DNA of 51,702 bases, from the IMG/VR virus record IMGVR_UViG_3300037483_000246, positions 1 through 51,702 of that record. One strand, given 5' to 3'. Within the stretch, counting starts at the first letter, position 1; every line of letters starts with the position of its first letter. Below, in pieces: positions 17,851-27,900 of this stretch. The position numbers and the translations under genes were made by a program. The notes under the pieces are model-generated. The model was not told the DNA's origin. It did not search any database and saw nothing but the letters and a program-made list of their open reading frames with translations. This stretch comes from a virus (lineage: Duplodnaviria; Caudoviricetes).

Positions 17851-18141
17851 ATGGCTTACGATTCCGCAAACCCGCCCACGCTGCAACAGCAGGCCGTTGC
17901 CGGCCCGCGCTCTTGGTATCACACTTCGGCCGACGCAGCCGCTGCGGTGGACACCTCGGGCTTCATCACCAACGGCGGCGCCCTGGGCATGAAGGTCAAC
18001 GACCTCGTGTATCACAAGGATAGCACCACCGACGCAACCGCACTGTCGGTCCATAAGGTCGTATCCGTCAGCGCCACCTATCCAGGTGCTGTTGATCTGG
18101 GTGACGGCACTGTGATCGGCAGCGCAACTAACACCGACTAA
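17851..18141 (+). CDS. capsid decoration / virion protein
   Basis: AGGAG RBS; directly after the capsid gene. Confidence 0.75.
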   Translation: MAYDSANPPTLQQQAVAGPRSWYHTSADAAAAVDTSGFITNGGALGMKVNDLVYHKDSTTDATALSVHKVVSVSATYPGAVDLGDGTVIGSATNTD

Positions 18142-18153
18142 AGTGTAAAGGGG

Positions 18154-18182
18154 TTGCAGCGAGAAGGCTCCAGGGTTATACT
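18154..18182 (+). promoter_or_regulatory. sigma70-type promoter
   Basis: TTGCAG-17nt-TATACT. Confidence 0.6.
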
Positions 18183-18214
18183 TGGGGCCTTTTCAACGTG
18201 AAGGAGATCGTCAA

Positions 18215-18682
18215 ATGTCTACCCCCAACGCAGCCAAGAACGTGACATCCCCGCGGATCACACAGAACCGCGTCAAGGCCGCCGAGTTCGCGCGCAACAT
18301 CCACCGCGCCACACCGGAAGCCTCCACCCAGTTCAAGGACGTGCTCGACCCTGCGTACTGGGCGCACGTAGCCAAGGGCGTCGCGCTCTACGACACCATC
18401 GAAGTCGTCCCCGACGGCGGCGCGTGGTACGCCCAGTTGCTCGTGGTGGGCTGTTCCAAGCTGCACGTCAAGGTGCAAACGCTTATTTTCGTGAAGCTGA
18501 ACGGGAAGGACGAGAAGCCCGCCACCGACGCTCCCTTCGCCATTGAGTTCAAGGGGCCGCAGCGCAAGTGGTCTGTCATCCGAGTGTCGGACAAGTCCTA
18601 CGCCAAGGAAGGCTTCGACAGCAAGGAAGATGCGGCCAAGTGGCTCGCCGAGAACGAAGCTGATCTGACCGATCTGGCGTAG
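18215..18682 (+). CDS. hypothetical protein (morphogenesis region)
   Basis: AAGGAG RBS; ATG 18215. Confidence 0.8.
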   Translation: MSTPNAAKNVTSPRITQNRVKAAEFARNIHRATPEASTQFKDVLDPAYWAHVAKGVALYDTIEVVPDGGAWYAQLLVVGCSKLHVKVQTLIFVKLNGKDEKPATDAPFAIEFKGPQRKWSVIRVSDKSYAKEGFDSKEDAAKWLAENEADLTDLA

Positions 18683-18736
18683 GAATTGGCCCACCAAGGT
18701 GGGATTTTACACGGAGGCGCTACGGCGTAAGGCTAT

Positions 18737-19375
18737 ATGGCTACTAAGCTGGGAATTTACAACAAGGCGCTCACCGAACACCTCGGCGAGCGCAAGCTGG
18801 CCAGCCTCGCGGAGAACCGTGAACCTCGGCGCGTTCTGGACGATATCTGGGACAATGGCATTGTAGACGCCTGCCTGGAGGCTGGCCAGTGGAAGTTTGC
18901 CAAGCGCACGCTGAAGCTGACCTACAACCCAGACGTGACCCCCTCTTTTGGCCACGCCTATGCCTTCGACAAGCCGACCGACTTCATCCGACTAGCGGGC
19001 GTGTACTCTGACGCCTTCTGCCAGACGCCGCTGCTGCAGTACCAAGAAGAGGCCGGCCAGTGGTTCGCCTCGCTGCAGGACATCTACGTTGAGTACATAT
19101 CCAACGGCGCCAGCTACGGGAACGACCTGTCCAGATGGCCGAGTTCGTTCACTGATTTCGTCGCCGGCAGCGCAGCCTTGCGCGCCAGCGGGCGCCTCCA
19201 AGGTAACACCACCGACCGTAACGCGTTGAAGGCGGACGTGGACACGCTGCTTCGCCTGTCGCTGTCGAAGGACGCGATGGAAGGACCCGCCAAGCGTCTA
19301 CCGGCGGGGTCGTGGACCACGGCCCGCCGAGGCGGAAACGCGCAGGAGCACACGGGCAGCACACTTCTCGGTTAA
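18737..19375 (+). CDS. tail tubular protein A (adaptor)
   Basis: N.AL..LGE, WKFAKR..L, FG.AY..P.DF.RL motifs; ~210 aa. Confidence 0.85.
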   Translation: MATKLGIYNKALTEHLGERKLASLAENREPRRVLDDIWDNGIVDACLEAGQWKFAKRTLKLTYNPDVTPSFGHAYAFDKPTDFIRLAGVYSDAFCQTPLLQYQEEAGQWFASLQDIYVEYISNGASYGNDLSRWPSSFTDFVAGSAALRASGRLQGNTTDRNALKADVDTLLRLSLSKDAMEGPAKRLPAGSWTTARRGGNAQEHTGSTLLG

Positions 19376-19388
19376 TGGGGGCAAACCA

Positions 19389-22046
19389 ATGCGGCAGAAT
19401 GTACCTCTAACGGCGTTCAACAGGGGCATTATCAGCCCGCTCGCGCTGGCGCACAATGACGTGCAAAGGGTGGCGCTCTCCGCGGAGGAGCAAACGAACT
19501 GGATGCCGAAAAAGCTGGGGCCTATGTCGCTGCGCCCCGGCTTCGGCTACATCGGCAACACGCGCAACGAAGCGAAGGCGCACTACCTGCCCTTCGTGTT
19601 TGCCGTAGACGATACCGCGCTGGTTGAACTCACTCCGGGGATCGCCCGCTTTTGGGTAGACGACGAGCTTGTCACCTTCCCGGCGGTGTCCGCGGCCATC
19701 ACCAACGGCCTTTTTACTTCGAACATAACCGGATGGACTGACGCCGACGAGTCGGGGTGCACCTCCGTCTGGTCTTCGGGCGCGATGTCTCTCACGGGTG
19801 ATGGCGCGAACCAAGCGATCCGCTACCAGCGCGTGCCTGTGACAGCGGTAGACAGGGGAGTTATTCACGCGGTAAGCGTTAAGGTCGCCTCGGGCGACTG
19901 CACCGTTCGGATCGGCTCGTCTGTTGCCGGGCAGGAGTACATCTCGGACACCGCATGCAAACCCGGCACGACCACCCTTGCCTTCGCCCCCGCGGGTGAC
20001 TTCTACGTCCAGGCGATGAACTCCGACTTCTACCCCGGCCTCGTGGAGTCTATAACCGTCTACACCGGGGTGCTTGAAGTAGAGACTCCGTGGACGACGG
20101 AGGCGATGCTGGAGGATATAAGGGCGGACCAATCGGGCGACGTGCTGTTCGTCGCATGCGACGGGGTGCGGCAGCAGCGCATCGAGCGCCGCCAAGACGG
20201 CGGCTGGGGCGTCGTGGACTACGTGACCTACGACGGCCCTTTCCTGGTGGTGAACGTCGAGCCGACAACAATAACGCCGAGCGCAGTCACAGGGCCGTGC
20301 ACGCTGACGGCGAGCCGCCCTATTTTCAAACCGCAGCAGGTGGGAGCACTCTACAGTCTGACCACGCAGGGGCAGCAGGTGTCGGCCAACCTGATCGCGG
20401 AGGACACGTACACGGGGTATATTCGGGTGTTCGGCACCGGCGCGACTCGGGCATTCACCCGGGTGATCTCGGGCGTCTGGGTGGGCACGCTTACCCTTCA
20501 GAGATCACTAGGCGAACCCGGTTTGTGGGAGGATGTCGCCGCGGTAGCGAACGGCACCGCAAGTTACAACGACGGCCTCGACAATCAGATAGTTTACTAT
20601 CGCATAGGCTTCAAGACTGGCAACTATACCTCCGGCACGGCTAGCATCTCGATCACGTACAACAACGGTGTCACCACGGGGTCCGTGCGGATTACAGGGT
20701 ACACCGACCCCAGCACCGTTACCGGAAACATCGTGCGCGCTCTGGGCAGTGTTGAAGCTACCGTTGAGTGGGCGGAGGGCGCGTGGTCCGACTACCGCGG
20801 ATTCCCCTCGGCGGTGGCGCTGAATGAGGGGCGCCTGTGCTGGTCCGGGCACGCAACAAGCTGGTGCAGCATAACCGATAGTTTTCACAGCTTCGACATC
20901 GACTACGAAGGCGACGCCGGCCCGATTATCCGCTCGATTGGCGCCGGCCCGGTGGACAAGATTCACTGGATGCTGTCCGCGTCTCGCCTGGTCATGGGCG
21001 GCGGGTGGGCAGAGCATTCCGTGCGCTCGTCGTCTCTGGACGAACCGATCACGCCGACGAACTTCAACATGAAGAAGTACACTACCAGGGGTTCCGCTGG
21101 CGTAGAAGCGATCTGCGTGGACCACAGCATCATGTTCGTAGACCGTTCCGGTTCACGCGTCTACGCTCTATCCCCTGACCAGAACGGGAACCACTCCGCC
21201 GTTGAAGCGACGGCGATGTGCCCGGCGGTGGCCAAGCCGAGCGTGGTGCGCCTGGGTGCGCAGCGCAACCCAGACACCAGGGTGCATTGCGTGCGAAGCG
21301 ATGGCAAGGTAGCGGTCATGGTGTACGACCCCCTCGAAGACGTGAATGCCTGGATGCTGGTTGAGACAGCCGGCGTGGTGGAGGACGTGGTGGTGCTCCC
21401 CGCTGCGGATCAGGACGAGGTGTACTATGTGGTGCTCCGCACGATCAACGGCTCTCCACACCGCTACCTGGAGAAATGGGCACACGATGACGACTGCATC
21501 GGCGGTGCGGTGAATCGCCAGGCCGACGCGCACACTTTCATAACGAACTTTGCCCCGACGGCAACGCTTACCGGCCTGCTTCACCTGAAGGGGGAAGAGG
21601 TCGTGTGCTGGGCCGACGGAAAGGACCTCGGCACCTTCACGGTGTCTGCCACGGGGGAGATCACGCTCCCTGCGGCGGTGACGCGCGCAGTCGTCGGCCT
21701 CACCTACCGCGCGCGCTTCAAGAGCGTGAAGCTCGCGCACGCGGCGCAGGGCGGCACCGCGCTGACCCAGCCGAAACGGGTGGATCACCTCGCGCTGATT
21801 ATGGCGAACACACATTATCAGGGCCTGCGATACGGGCGAGACTTCGACACGATGGACGATCTGCCCTTGGTGGAGGAGGGCACCGTCACCCCCGCGGATA
21901 CCGTGTGGGAGTCCTACGATGCCGACTCGATAGAGTTCAACGGCATGTACAGCACCGACGAGCGCCTGTGCCTGGAAGCGCAGGCACCAAGGCCGTGCAC
22001 GGTACTGGCAGCGATAATCAGCCTTAAGACAAATGACAAGCTGTGA
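19389..22046 (+). CDS. tail tubular protein B (nozzle)
   Basis: FNRG.ISP, N....GP...RPG, QSGDV, PSAV...EGRL, VGL.Y motifs. Confidence 0.88.
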   Translation: MRQNVPLTAFNRGIISPLALAHNDVQRVALSAEEQTNWMPKKLGPMSLRPGFGYIGNTRNEAKAHYLPFVFAVDDTALVELTPGIARFWVDDELVTFPAVSAAITNGLFTSNITGWTDADESGCTSVWSSGAMSLTGDGANQAIRYQRVPVTAVDRGVIHAVSVKVASGDCTVRIGSSVAGQEYISDTACKPGTTTLAFAPAGDFYVQAMNSDFYPGLVESITVYTGVLEVETPWTTEAMLEDIRADQSGDVLFVACDGVRQQRIERRQDGGWGVVDYVTYDGPFLVVNVEPTTITPSAVTGPCTLTASRPIFKPQQVGALYSLTTQGQQVSANLIAEDTYTGYIRVFGTGATRAFTRVISGVWVGTLTLQRSLGEPGLWEDVAAVANGTASYNDGLDNQIVYYRIGFKTGNYTSGTASISITYNNGVTTGSVRITGYTDPSTVTGNIVRALGSVEATVEWAEGAWSDYRGFPSAVALNEGRLCWSGHATSWCSITDSFHSFDIDYEGDAGPIIRSIGAGPVDKIHWMLSASRLVMGGGWAEHSVRSSSLDEPITPTNFNMKKYTTRGSAGVEAICVDHSIMFVDRSGSRVYALSPDQNGNHSAVEATAMCPAVAKPSVVRLGAQRNPDTRVHCVRSDGKVAVMVYDPLEDVNAWMLVETAGVVEDVVVLPAADQDEVYYVVLRTINGSPHRYLEKWAHDDDCIGGAVNRQADAHTFITNFAPTATLTGLLHLKGEEVVCWADGKDLGTFTVSATGEITLPAAVTRAVVGLTYRARFKSVKLAHAAQGGTALTQPKRVDHLALIMANTHYQGLRYGRDFDTMDDLPLVEEGTVTPADTVWESYDADSIEFNGMYSTDERLCLEAQAPRPCTVLAAIISLKTNDKL

Positions 22047-22395
22047 GGTTCGACCGGCTACCACGGCGGACATCCTGCGGTGGTACGAAGGCCCGCCGCC
22101 GTTCTCGTGCAAGGCCTTCGTGATGGAGGTAGACGGCAACCTGGAAGCCCTGTGGGGTTTGAGGTTCGTGAACGGGGAAGCGGCATGCTTCTCCATGCTG
22201 ACCACCGTTGCGCGAGAGCAGAAGAGAGCCGTCGTTCAAGGCATCCGGCTTTTGCGAAAGATGCTGCAGGAGCACCAGGATGTGATAGCATACGCCGATA
22301 GGAACGAACCAACGGCGAAGGCCTTCCTTGAGCACGTTGGGTTCAAGCGCATAGGCGCTACGATCTGGGGGGAGGAGGTGTACCGATATGAGTAG
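22033..22395 (+). CDS. GNAT-like small protein (T7 gp13-like position)
   Basis: VRPAT..D start, A..FLEHVGF end; follows the nozzle gene. Confidence 0.65.
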   Translation: MTSCEVRPATTADILRWYEGPPPFSCKAFVMEVDGNLEALWGLRFVNGEAACFSMLTTVAREQKRAVVQGIRLLRKMLQEHQDVIAYADRNEPTAKAFLEHVGFKRIGATIWGEEVYRYE

Positions 22396-22882
22396 CATGG
22401 GCATGGCGGGAGGCATCGTTCAGAGTGTCGGCACGAACATGGGCGCCACAGGAACCTACCTGGAGGGGCGCTCTACTCAGGCTTCTAACGACGCCCAAGC
22501 GGCACAGATGGAGCGCAACGCCGACCAGCTGCGCGCCCAAGGCCAATTTGAGGGCGAAGAAGAACTGCGCAAGGCGCGGCTGATCCAGTCGCGGATCATC
22601 GCGGTAGCGGGCGCCTCTGGTGCAAGCGTCGTTGACCCCACGGTACTGAACATCATTGGCAAGAACGCTGCAGAAAGCAGCCTCGCGGCGGCAACCCGGC
22701 GCTACGATACCGAGTCGCGGGCGCAGGATATGGACTACCAGGCTGAAATCAAGCGCTTTGAGGGCCGCGCGCACGCGAAAGCTGCGCGCTGGTCCGCCTT
22801 TGGTTCCTCGGTATCGGGTATCGGCTCCATGCTGGGTAGCATGGGCGGCGGCATGGGCGGCGGCATGGGCGGTGGAGGTTAA
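22388..22882 (+). CDS. internal virion (ejection) protein, gp14-like
   Basis: Gly/Ala-rich termini, AGASG motif, position. Confidence 0.75.
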   Translation: MSSMGMAGGIVQSVGTNMGATGTYLEGRSTQASNDAQAAQMERNADQLRAQGQFEGEEELRKARLIQSRIIAVAGASGASVVDPTVLNIIGKNAAESSLAAATRRYDTESRAQDMDYQAEIKRFEGRAHAKAARWSAFGSSVSGIGSMLGSMGGGMGGGMGGGG

Positions 22883-22885
22883 AGC

Positions 22886-24916
22886 ATGGCAACTATTCCT
22901 GACGTAAATCGCGCTCGCGTCATCCCGCAACCTTCGATGGCGGTGGCTCAGCACGAACCCGGCATCATCGGTCGAGCGCTGCAGAAGGTAGGCGGGCAGA
23001 TTGCCGGCATGGGTGCTGAGGTGCAGAAACAGGCGGAGCAGGAGCAGCGACGCCTCGAAAAGGCGCAAGCCGACACGGCGGTGAACAAGACGCTGAGCGA
23101 TATGATGGACCTCCGCGCTGGCCAGCCCGCCGAGGGGAAGAAGGGCGGCTACTTGTACCAGCGCTCCTCCGCTGTCGTCCAGCCTGGCGCGAATGGCGAG
23201 AATTTCTACGATAGCTACAATACCCAATTTGAAGCCCTTGCGGTGGCCAACGGAGCGAACCTGAGCGGGCACGCGAAGGAGCAGTATGATTCCGCTCTGG
23301 GAAGGATGCGTCTCGACTTCCAAGCAGGGCTGTTGAACCATTCCCTGAAGGAGACAGACGACTACTTCGCCCAAGCCCACGCCAACACGGTGAAGGCCGA
23401 AGGCATCAACGCTGGCGCGAACTGGGACAATCCGGTAGCCGTGGCGGGATCACTGCAGCGTATCAGCGAAGCCACCGCGCGCGAGGCAGAGCGTCGAGGA
23501 AACGTAGACATACCCGCCGCGCAGCAAGAACAGGTCGCAGCAGGGGTTGACGCCGCCGCGCGCGGGGCCTTGGCCGCCGGCAACTCGAAGGTCGCGGAGG
23601 ATTACCTGAAAGAGTACAAGGACATCATGCCCGCGAGGATGGCGCAATCGCTGAGCGATGCCGTGTCACACGCACGGGGCCAAGAGATCGCCCTTGCCAC
23701 AGCGGAGAAGGTGTCGAACGCCATGAAGCACCGGGTTATGCCTACGGATTACGACCGCGCGCTGGCAATCGCCGGCGCCGGCACGCGCGAAGACCGCGCC
23801 AAGTTCGATGACCTCGCCAAGAAATACAGCGGAAACGTGGAAAAGGCGTGGGCTGCCTACGAGATCGGTCCGAAGGCGCTGGCGGAAGCTGAGGTCCTGG
23901 CCATGAAGTCGGAGCGCGAGAACAAGAAGGACTCGAACGTCCCCGTGAAGTCGTGGATCGAGTTTGTGCCCAAGGAGACGCGCGCCTCCGTTGAGGACAA
24001 GCGCAAGACGTTCGCCGTCGGGGGCGGTGTGACGGAGCCGTCGCGGCTGGAAGCCGAGGAGATGGCGGTGAACATCGCCCGGAGGGACAACCCGAACGCT
24101 ACCCCGGAGCAACTGAACGCAGCGCGCGAAAAAGCTGGGCAGTGGTTCGCCGATCTGAAGACGGCGCGCGCCCAGTCGGAGGAAAACGCCCTGCTGGAAG
24201 TGCAGCGGCTGGTAGATACCGGCAAGATCAAGTCGGCGAACGATGTACCCCCGCAGACTCGATCTATGCTGGGTGGCAGGTGGAATTCTGCGCAGTCGTA
24301 CATCAACGGCGCGCAGGAGAACCAAGACAAGATTGCGCAAGCGTCTCCTGTGGCTCGCGAGTTCCAGGACAAGCTCATGGCGTCGCCCGAGTTGCTGGTG
24401 AACACGCCCGTGGCGGACATCATGGCCCTGGCCCCTGACCTCGGCAACAAGAACGTGCAGTCTCTGCTGAAACGGCGCAACGACTATACCAACAATCCGG
24501 CCAGCGTCACGGAAGCGAAGATCGACTCCGACCAGTTCGAGGCGGCCATCGCTCCCTACCTGAACGGGGTGTCGAAGGACGGCAGGACGCTGTTCAAGCA
24601 CCAGGTCCGCGCGAAGGTGGAAGAGGAAATTGCCTACCGCAAAGCCCGTGGCGAATCCGGCATGGCGGTCTACAAGGACCTGAACGGCATCATTATGAAA
24701 TACGCCACGCTCTACCCGGTCGAGAAGCCCGGCTTCTTGTTCGGCACCAACACGGAGCAGGTTCCCGGCGCGCAACTCCCCGCGGGATATGCCCTCCCAG
24801 CTGACGAGGTAGCGAAGATCGACGCCAAGGCTGCGAAACTGGGGCTGCATAATCTCAGCGATGATGATAGAATGACGATCTACCGCAAGATGAAAGCAGC
24901 GGAAGCCGCAAAATAA
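22886..24916 (+). CDS. internal virion (ejection) protein with a degenerate lytic transglycosylase segment
   Basis: Helical 676 aa; KYSGNVEKAWAAYEIGP and PKETRASV resemble SLT C-terminal motifs. Confidence 0.75.
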   Translation: MATIPDVNRARVIPQPSMAVAQHEPGIIGRALQKVGGQIAGMGAEVQKQAEQEQRRLEKAQADTAVNKTLSDMMDLRAGQPAEGKKGGYLYQRSSAVVQPGANGENFYDSYNTQFEALAVANGANLSGHAKEQYDSALGRMRLDFQAGLLNHSLKETDDYFAQAHANTVKAEGINAGANWDNPVAVAGSLQRISEATAREAERRGNVDIPAAQQEQVAAGVDAAARGALAAGNSKVAEDYLKEYKDIMPARMAQSLSDAVSHARGQEIALATAEKVSNAMKHRVMPTDYDRALAIAGAGTREDRAKFDDLAKKYSGNVEKAWAAYEIGPKALAEAEVLAMKSERENKKDSNVPVKSWIEFVPKETRASVEDKRKTFAVGGGVTEPSRLEAEEMAVNIARRDNPNATPEQLNAAREKAGQWFADLKTARAQSEENALLEVQRLVDTGKIKSANDVPPQTRSMLGGRWNSAQSYINGAQENQDKIAQASPVAREFQDKLMASPELLVNTPVADIMALAPDLGNKNVQSLLKRRNDYTNNPASVTEAKIDSDQFEAAIAPYLNGVSKDGRTLFKHQVRAKVEEEIAYRKARGESGMAVYKDLNGIIMKYATLYPVEKPGFLFGTNTEQVPGAQLPAGYALPADEVAKIDAKAAKLGLHNLSDDDRMTIYRKMKAAEAAK

Positions 24917-24931
24917 CCTGGGGGATGCGCC

Positions 24932-27900
24932 GTGGCAGATGACGCTTTGGATGCAGCGCTGATTCAATTCAAGCAGGAACAGGACGACCGGACCACCCTC
25001 GGTGCCACCGCGTCGATTCACCAGGCAATCACCCAGAACCCTGACGAGATGGCGCGTTACAACGCCATTTCGCGCAAAACGGGCTTCGATCCCTTACTGA
25101 TCGCCACTGACCCAGCTGTGAAGGTGGAGGCCGAACGCCGTGCGAAGATGCAAGACATCGACTTGCCGGGGTTGGTGCAGACGCATCCGAAGACCGCATC
25201 GGCGTTGACCGATGCGAACCTTGCGGCGTTGGTGAGTGATGACGTAGGGACTCTTCAGAATCTTGAGAACGCTTTCTCGCGCGGGTTGAAAGGGACACTG
25301 CGAGGTGGTGATGCGGGAGCGATTCAGGAATCCGCGGAGATTCTGAACACAATCAGCAGAATCCAAAGCGGAGAACTCAACGACTACGGTAAAATCAGTG
25401 GCGCTTCAAGATATGCCTCCCTCTTCGCGGGAGTAGGAGGCACGCCCGAAGCGGTGGAGCAGAAAAGGATCGCTACCGAGAGACGCCTTGCCGAAAACGC
25501 TGTCGAGTTCGCTCAACGCACAGCAGGGATGAAAAGCACGGGGGCGTCTGCGGAGTACGAGCGCTTCTCGGCGGAGAAGGGACTGGGAGCATTCAGTGCT
25601 CTCTTTGACGCGCCTTTCAAAATCACCGGAGAGGTCATCGCTGAATCGATGGGTGCGATGCTCCCCGCAATCCCTACAATAGTCGGAAGTGGTGTAGGTG
25701 GTGGCGTTCGTGGGCTTGCGACGGCTACCGGGTTGACCTCTGCGGGTATCGAGTACGCGAATTCCCTGTCGGGCATCCTTACCGATATGGGTGTAAATCT
25801 ATCAGATGCTCGCGCTGTACGCGAGGCAATGGCGACGCCAAAGTTCATAGAAGCCAATAGGCAAGCTATGGTAAAGGCGGGCGTAATCGGCGCCTTTGAC
25901 GCCGCTACCGCGGGGGTCGCGGGCAAGATGCTGCGCCCAACAATGCTAGGCAATATCGCTGCACAGACGGTGGTACAGGCCGCTGGAGGAGCAGCGGGGG
26001 AGGCGGTTGGTTCAGTCGCCTCCGGGCAGGAGGTATCGCTCTCTGCCGTGCTGGCGGAAGCTATTGGTGAGGCCCCTGGTGGCGTGGTAGACGTTGGCCT
26101 ACTGGCTTTCAACAAAGCGAGGGTGAAAGAGCAAGCGCGTCCTAGCGAAGAAATCATCCGTGCGGAGGAGGCGCATGCCGCGCTAACGGAGATTAGCCAG
26201 ACCGCCACGTCGGCCAAGCTGCGCGAACGCGATCCCGCGCAATTCAAAGCGTTCATGCAGTCGATGGTTGAAGACTCCGACCTGAAGGAAGTGTTCGTGG
26301 ATGGCACCGTACTGCGCGACGCGCTGGCTCAGGCACCCATCGAAGTGCAGCAGAAGTTCGCCCAAGATATGCCGGAAGTCGTGCGCCAGATTGGTGAAGC
26401 TGCGGGGACCGACGGACTCGTGCGCGTGCCCGTAGAGGATTATGCTACGCACGTCGCCGGCACCGAACTGGACGCCACGATCCTGCCGAACCTCAAGACC
26501 GAAGTTGACGGGCTGACCTATTCTCAAGCGCAGGAGCAAGTCAAGGGCCAGACCGAACAAATGAAAGCCGAGGCCGATCAACTGCTGGCCGAGAAGGAGA
26601 AGGACACCGAATTCCAAGCGGATGCGCAACAGGTCTACGACGCGCTATACTCGCGCATCGAAGGCGCGAAGCGATTCACCCCAGACGCGAACAAGAAGTA
26701 CGCAGCATTGCAGCAAGCGTACTTCATCACCCGTGCGCACAAGATGGGCATCAAACCTTCCGAGTTGCTGGCTCGCTTCGATATTCGCGTAACCGCAGAG
26801 CGCACACCCGGCGCGGAGTTGGAGCAGGGCGTCACACTGCTCGAAGGATTACCTCAACCGAAGATGACGCTGAAGACTGGCGCTTACACGCCGAAGCCGT
26901 ATGCGCCCGCGCACAAGGCTGCACGGGAGTATGCGAACAAGGCGGGGATCGAGTACGCCCCTCCGCGTAAGTATGCGAAGGTGAACGAAGCTCGCGCCGC
27001 CAAGATCGCCGCCGAGTACGAGAAGATGCCCCACGCGCCGAACGATCCCGAAGTGGCGAAGGCCTATGCGCAGCTAATCAAGGAAGCGGTGCAGCAGTGG
27101 GACGCAATGCTCTCCACGGGGCTGAAGGTCGAGTTCATCCCCGAAGGCGCCCCCGATTTTTATGCAGAGAACCCCCACGGCTTCATTGACGACATCGCGC
27201 GCAACAACCACCTTTGGGTGTTCTCTACCCGTGCTGGCTTCGGCACAGGGCAAGACTTCACCCCGAAGGACCACCCGCTGCTGGCTGAGACGGACATCGA
27301 GATCAGCGGGCAGAAGGCTCTCGCGAACGACATCTTCCGCGCGGTGCATGACTTCTTCGGCCACGCCAAAGATGGCGTGGGCTTCCGTGCTGCAGGCGAG
27401 GAGAACGCCTGGCGCGCGCATGCCGCCATGTTCTCTCCGCTCGCGCGCCGCGCATTGACCACCGAGACTCGCGGACAAAACAGCTGGCTGAACTACGGCC
27501 CCTTCGGCGAGGCCAACCGCAAAGCGAAAGCTGGCGAGACGCACTTCGCAGATCAGAAGGCGGGCTTGCTGCCCGAGTGGGTGTCGGAAGAAGGGCGCGA
27601 AGACGTAGCCCCCGTGCCTACGCCGGCGTCCAGCGACTACGGCTTCCGCCGTCGCGCGAAGGCGCGCGTCGCCACGCTCGACGATTTCAAGCCGAACAAG
27701 GTCAAGAACCTGCTCGCCAAAACCGACTGGGCGATCCTGACCGCCGAGAACCCGAACGCGCAGCAGCTTTCCGTGGAGGAGAACGCGCAGCGTAACGCCG
27801 ATCTGCGCGCCGATCTGGAAGCGATGGGCGCCAAGTTCGTTGAGGTCGAAGGCAAGTACGGCGGCAACGTCGAGAACTCGGTAGCGATCACCGGGATCAC

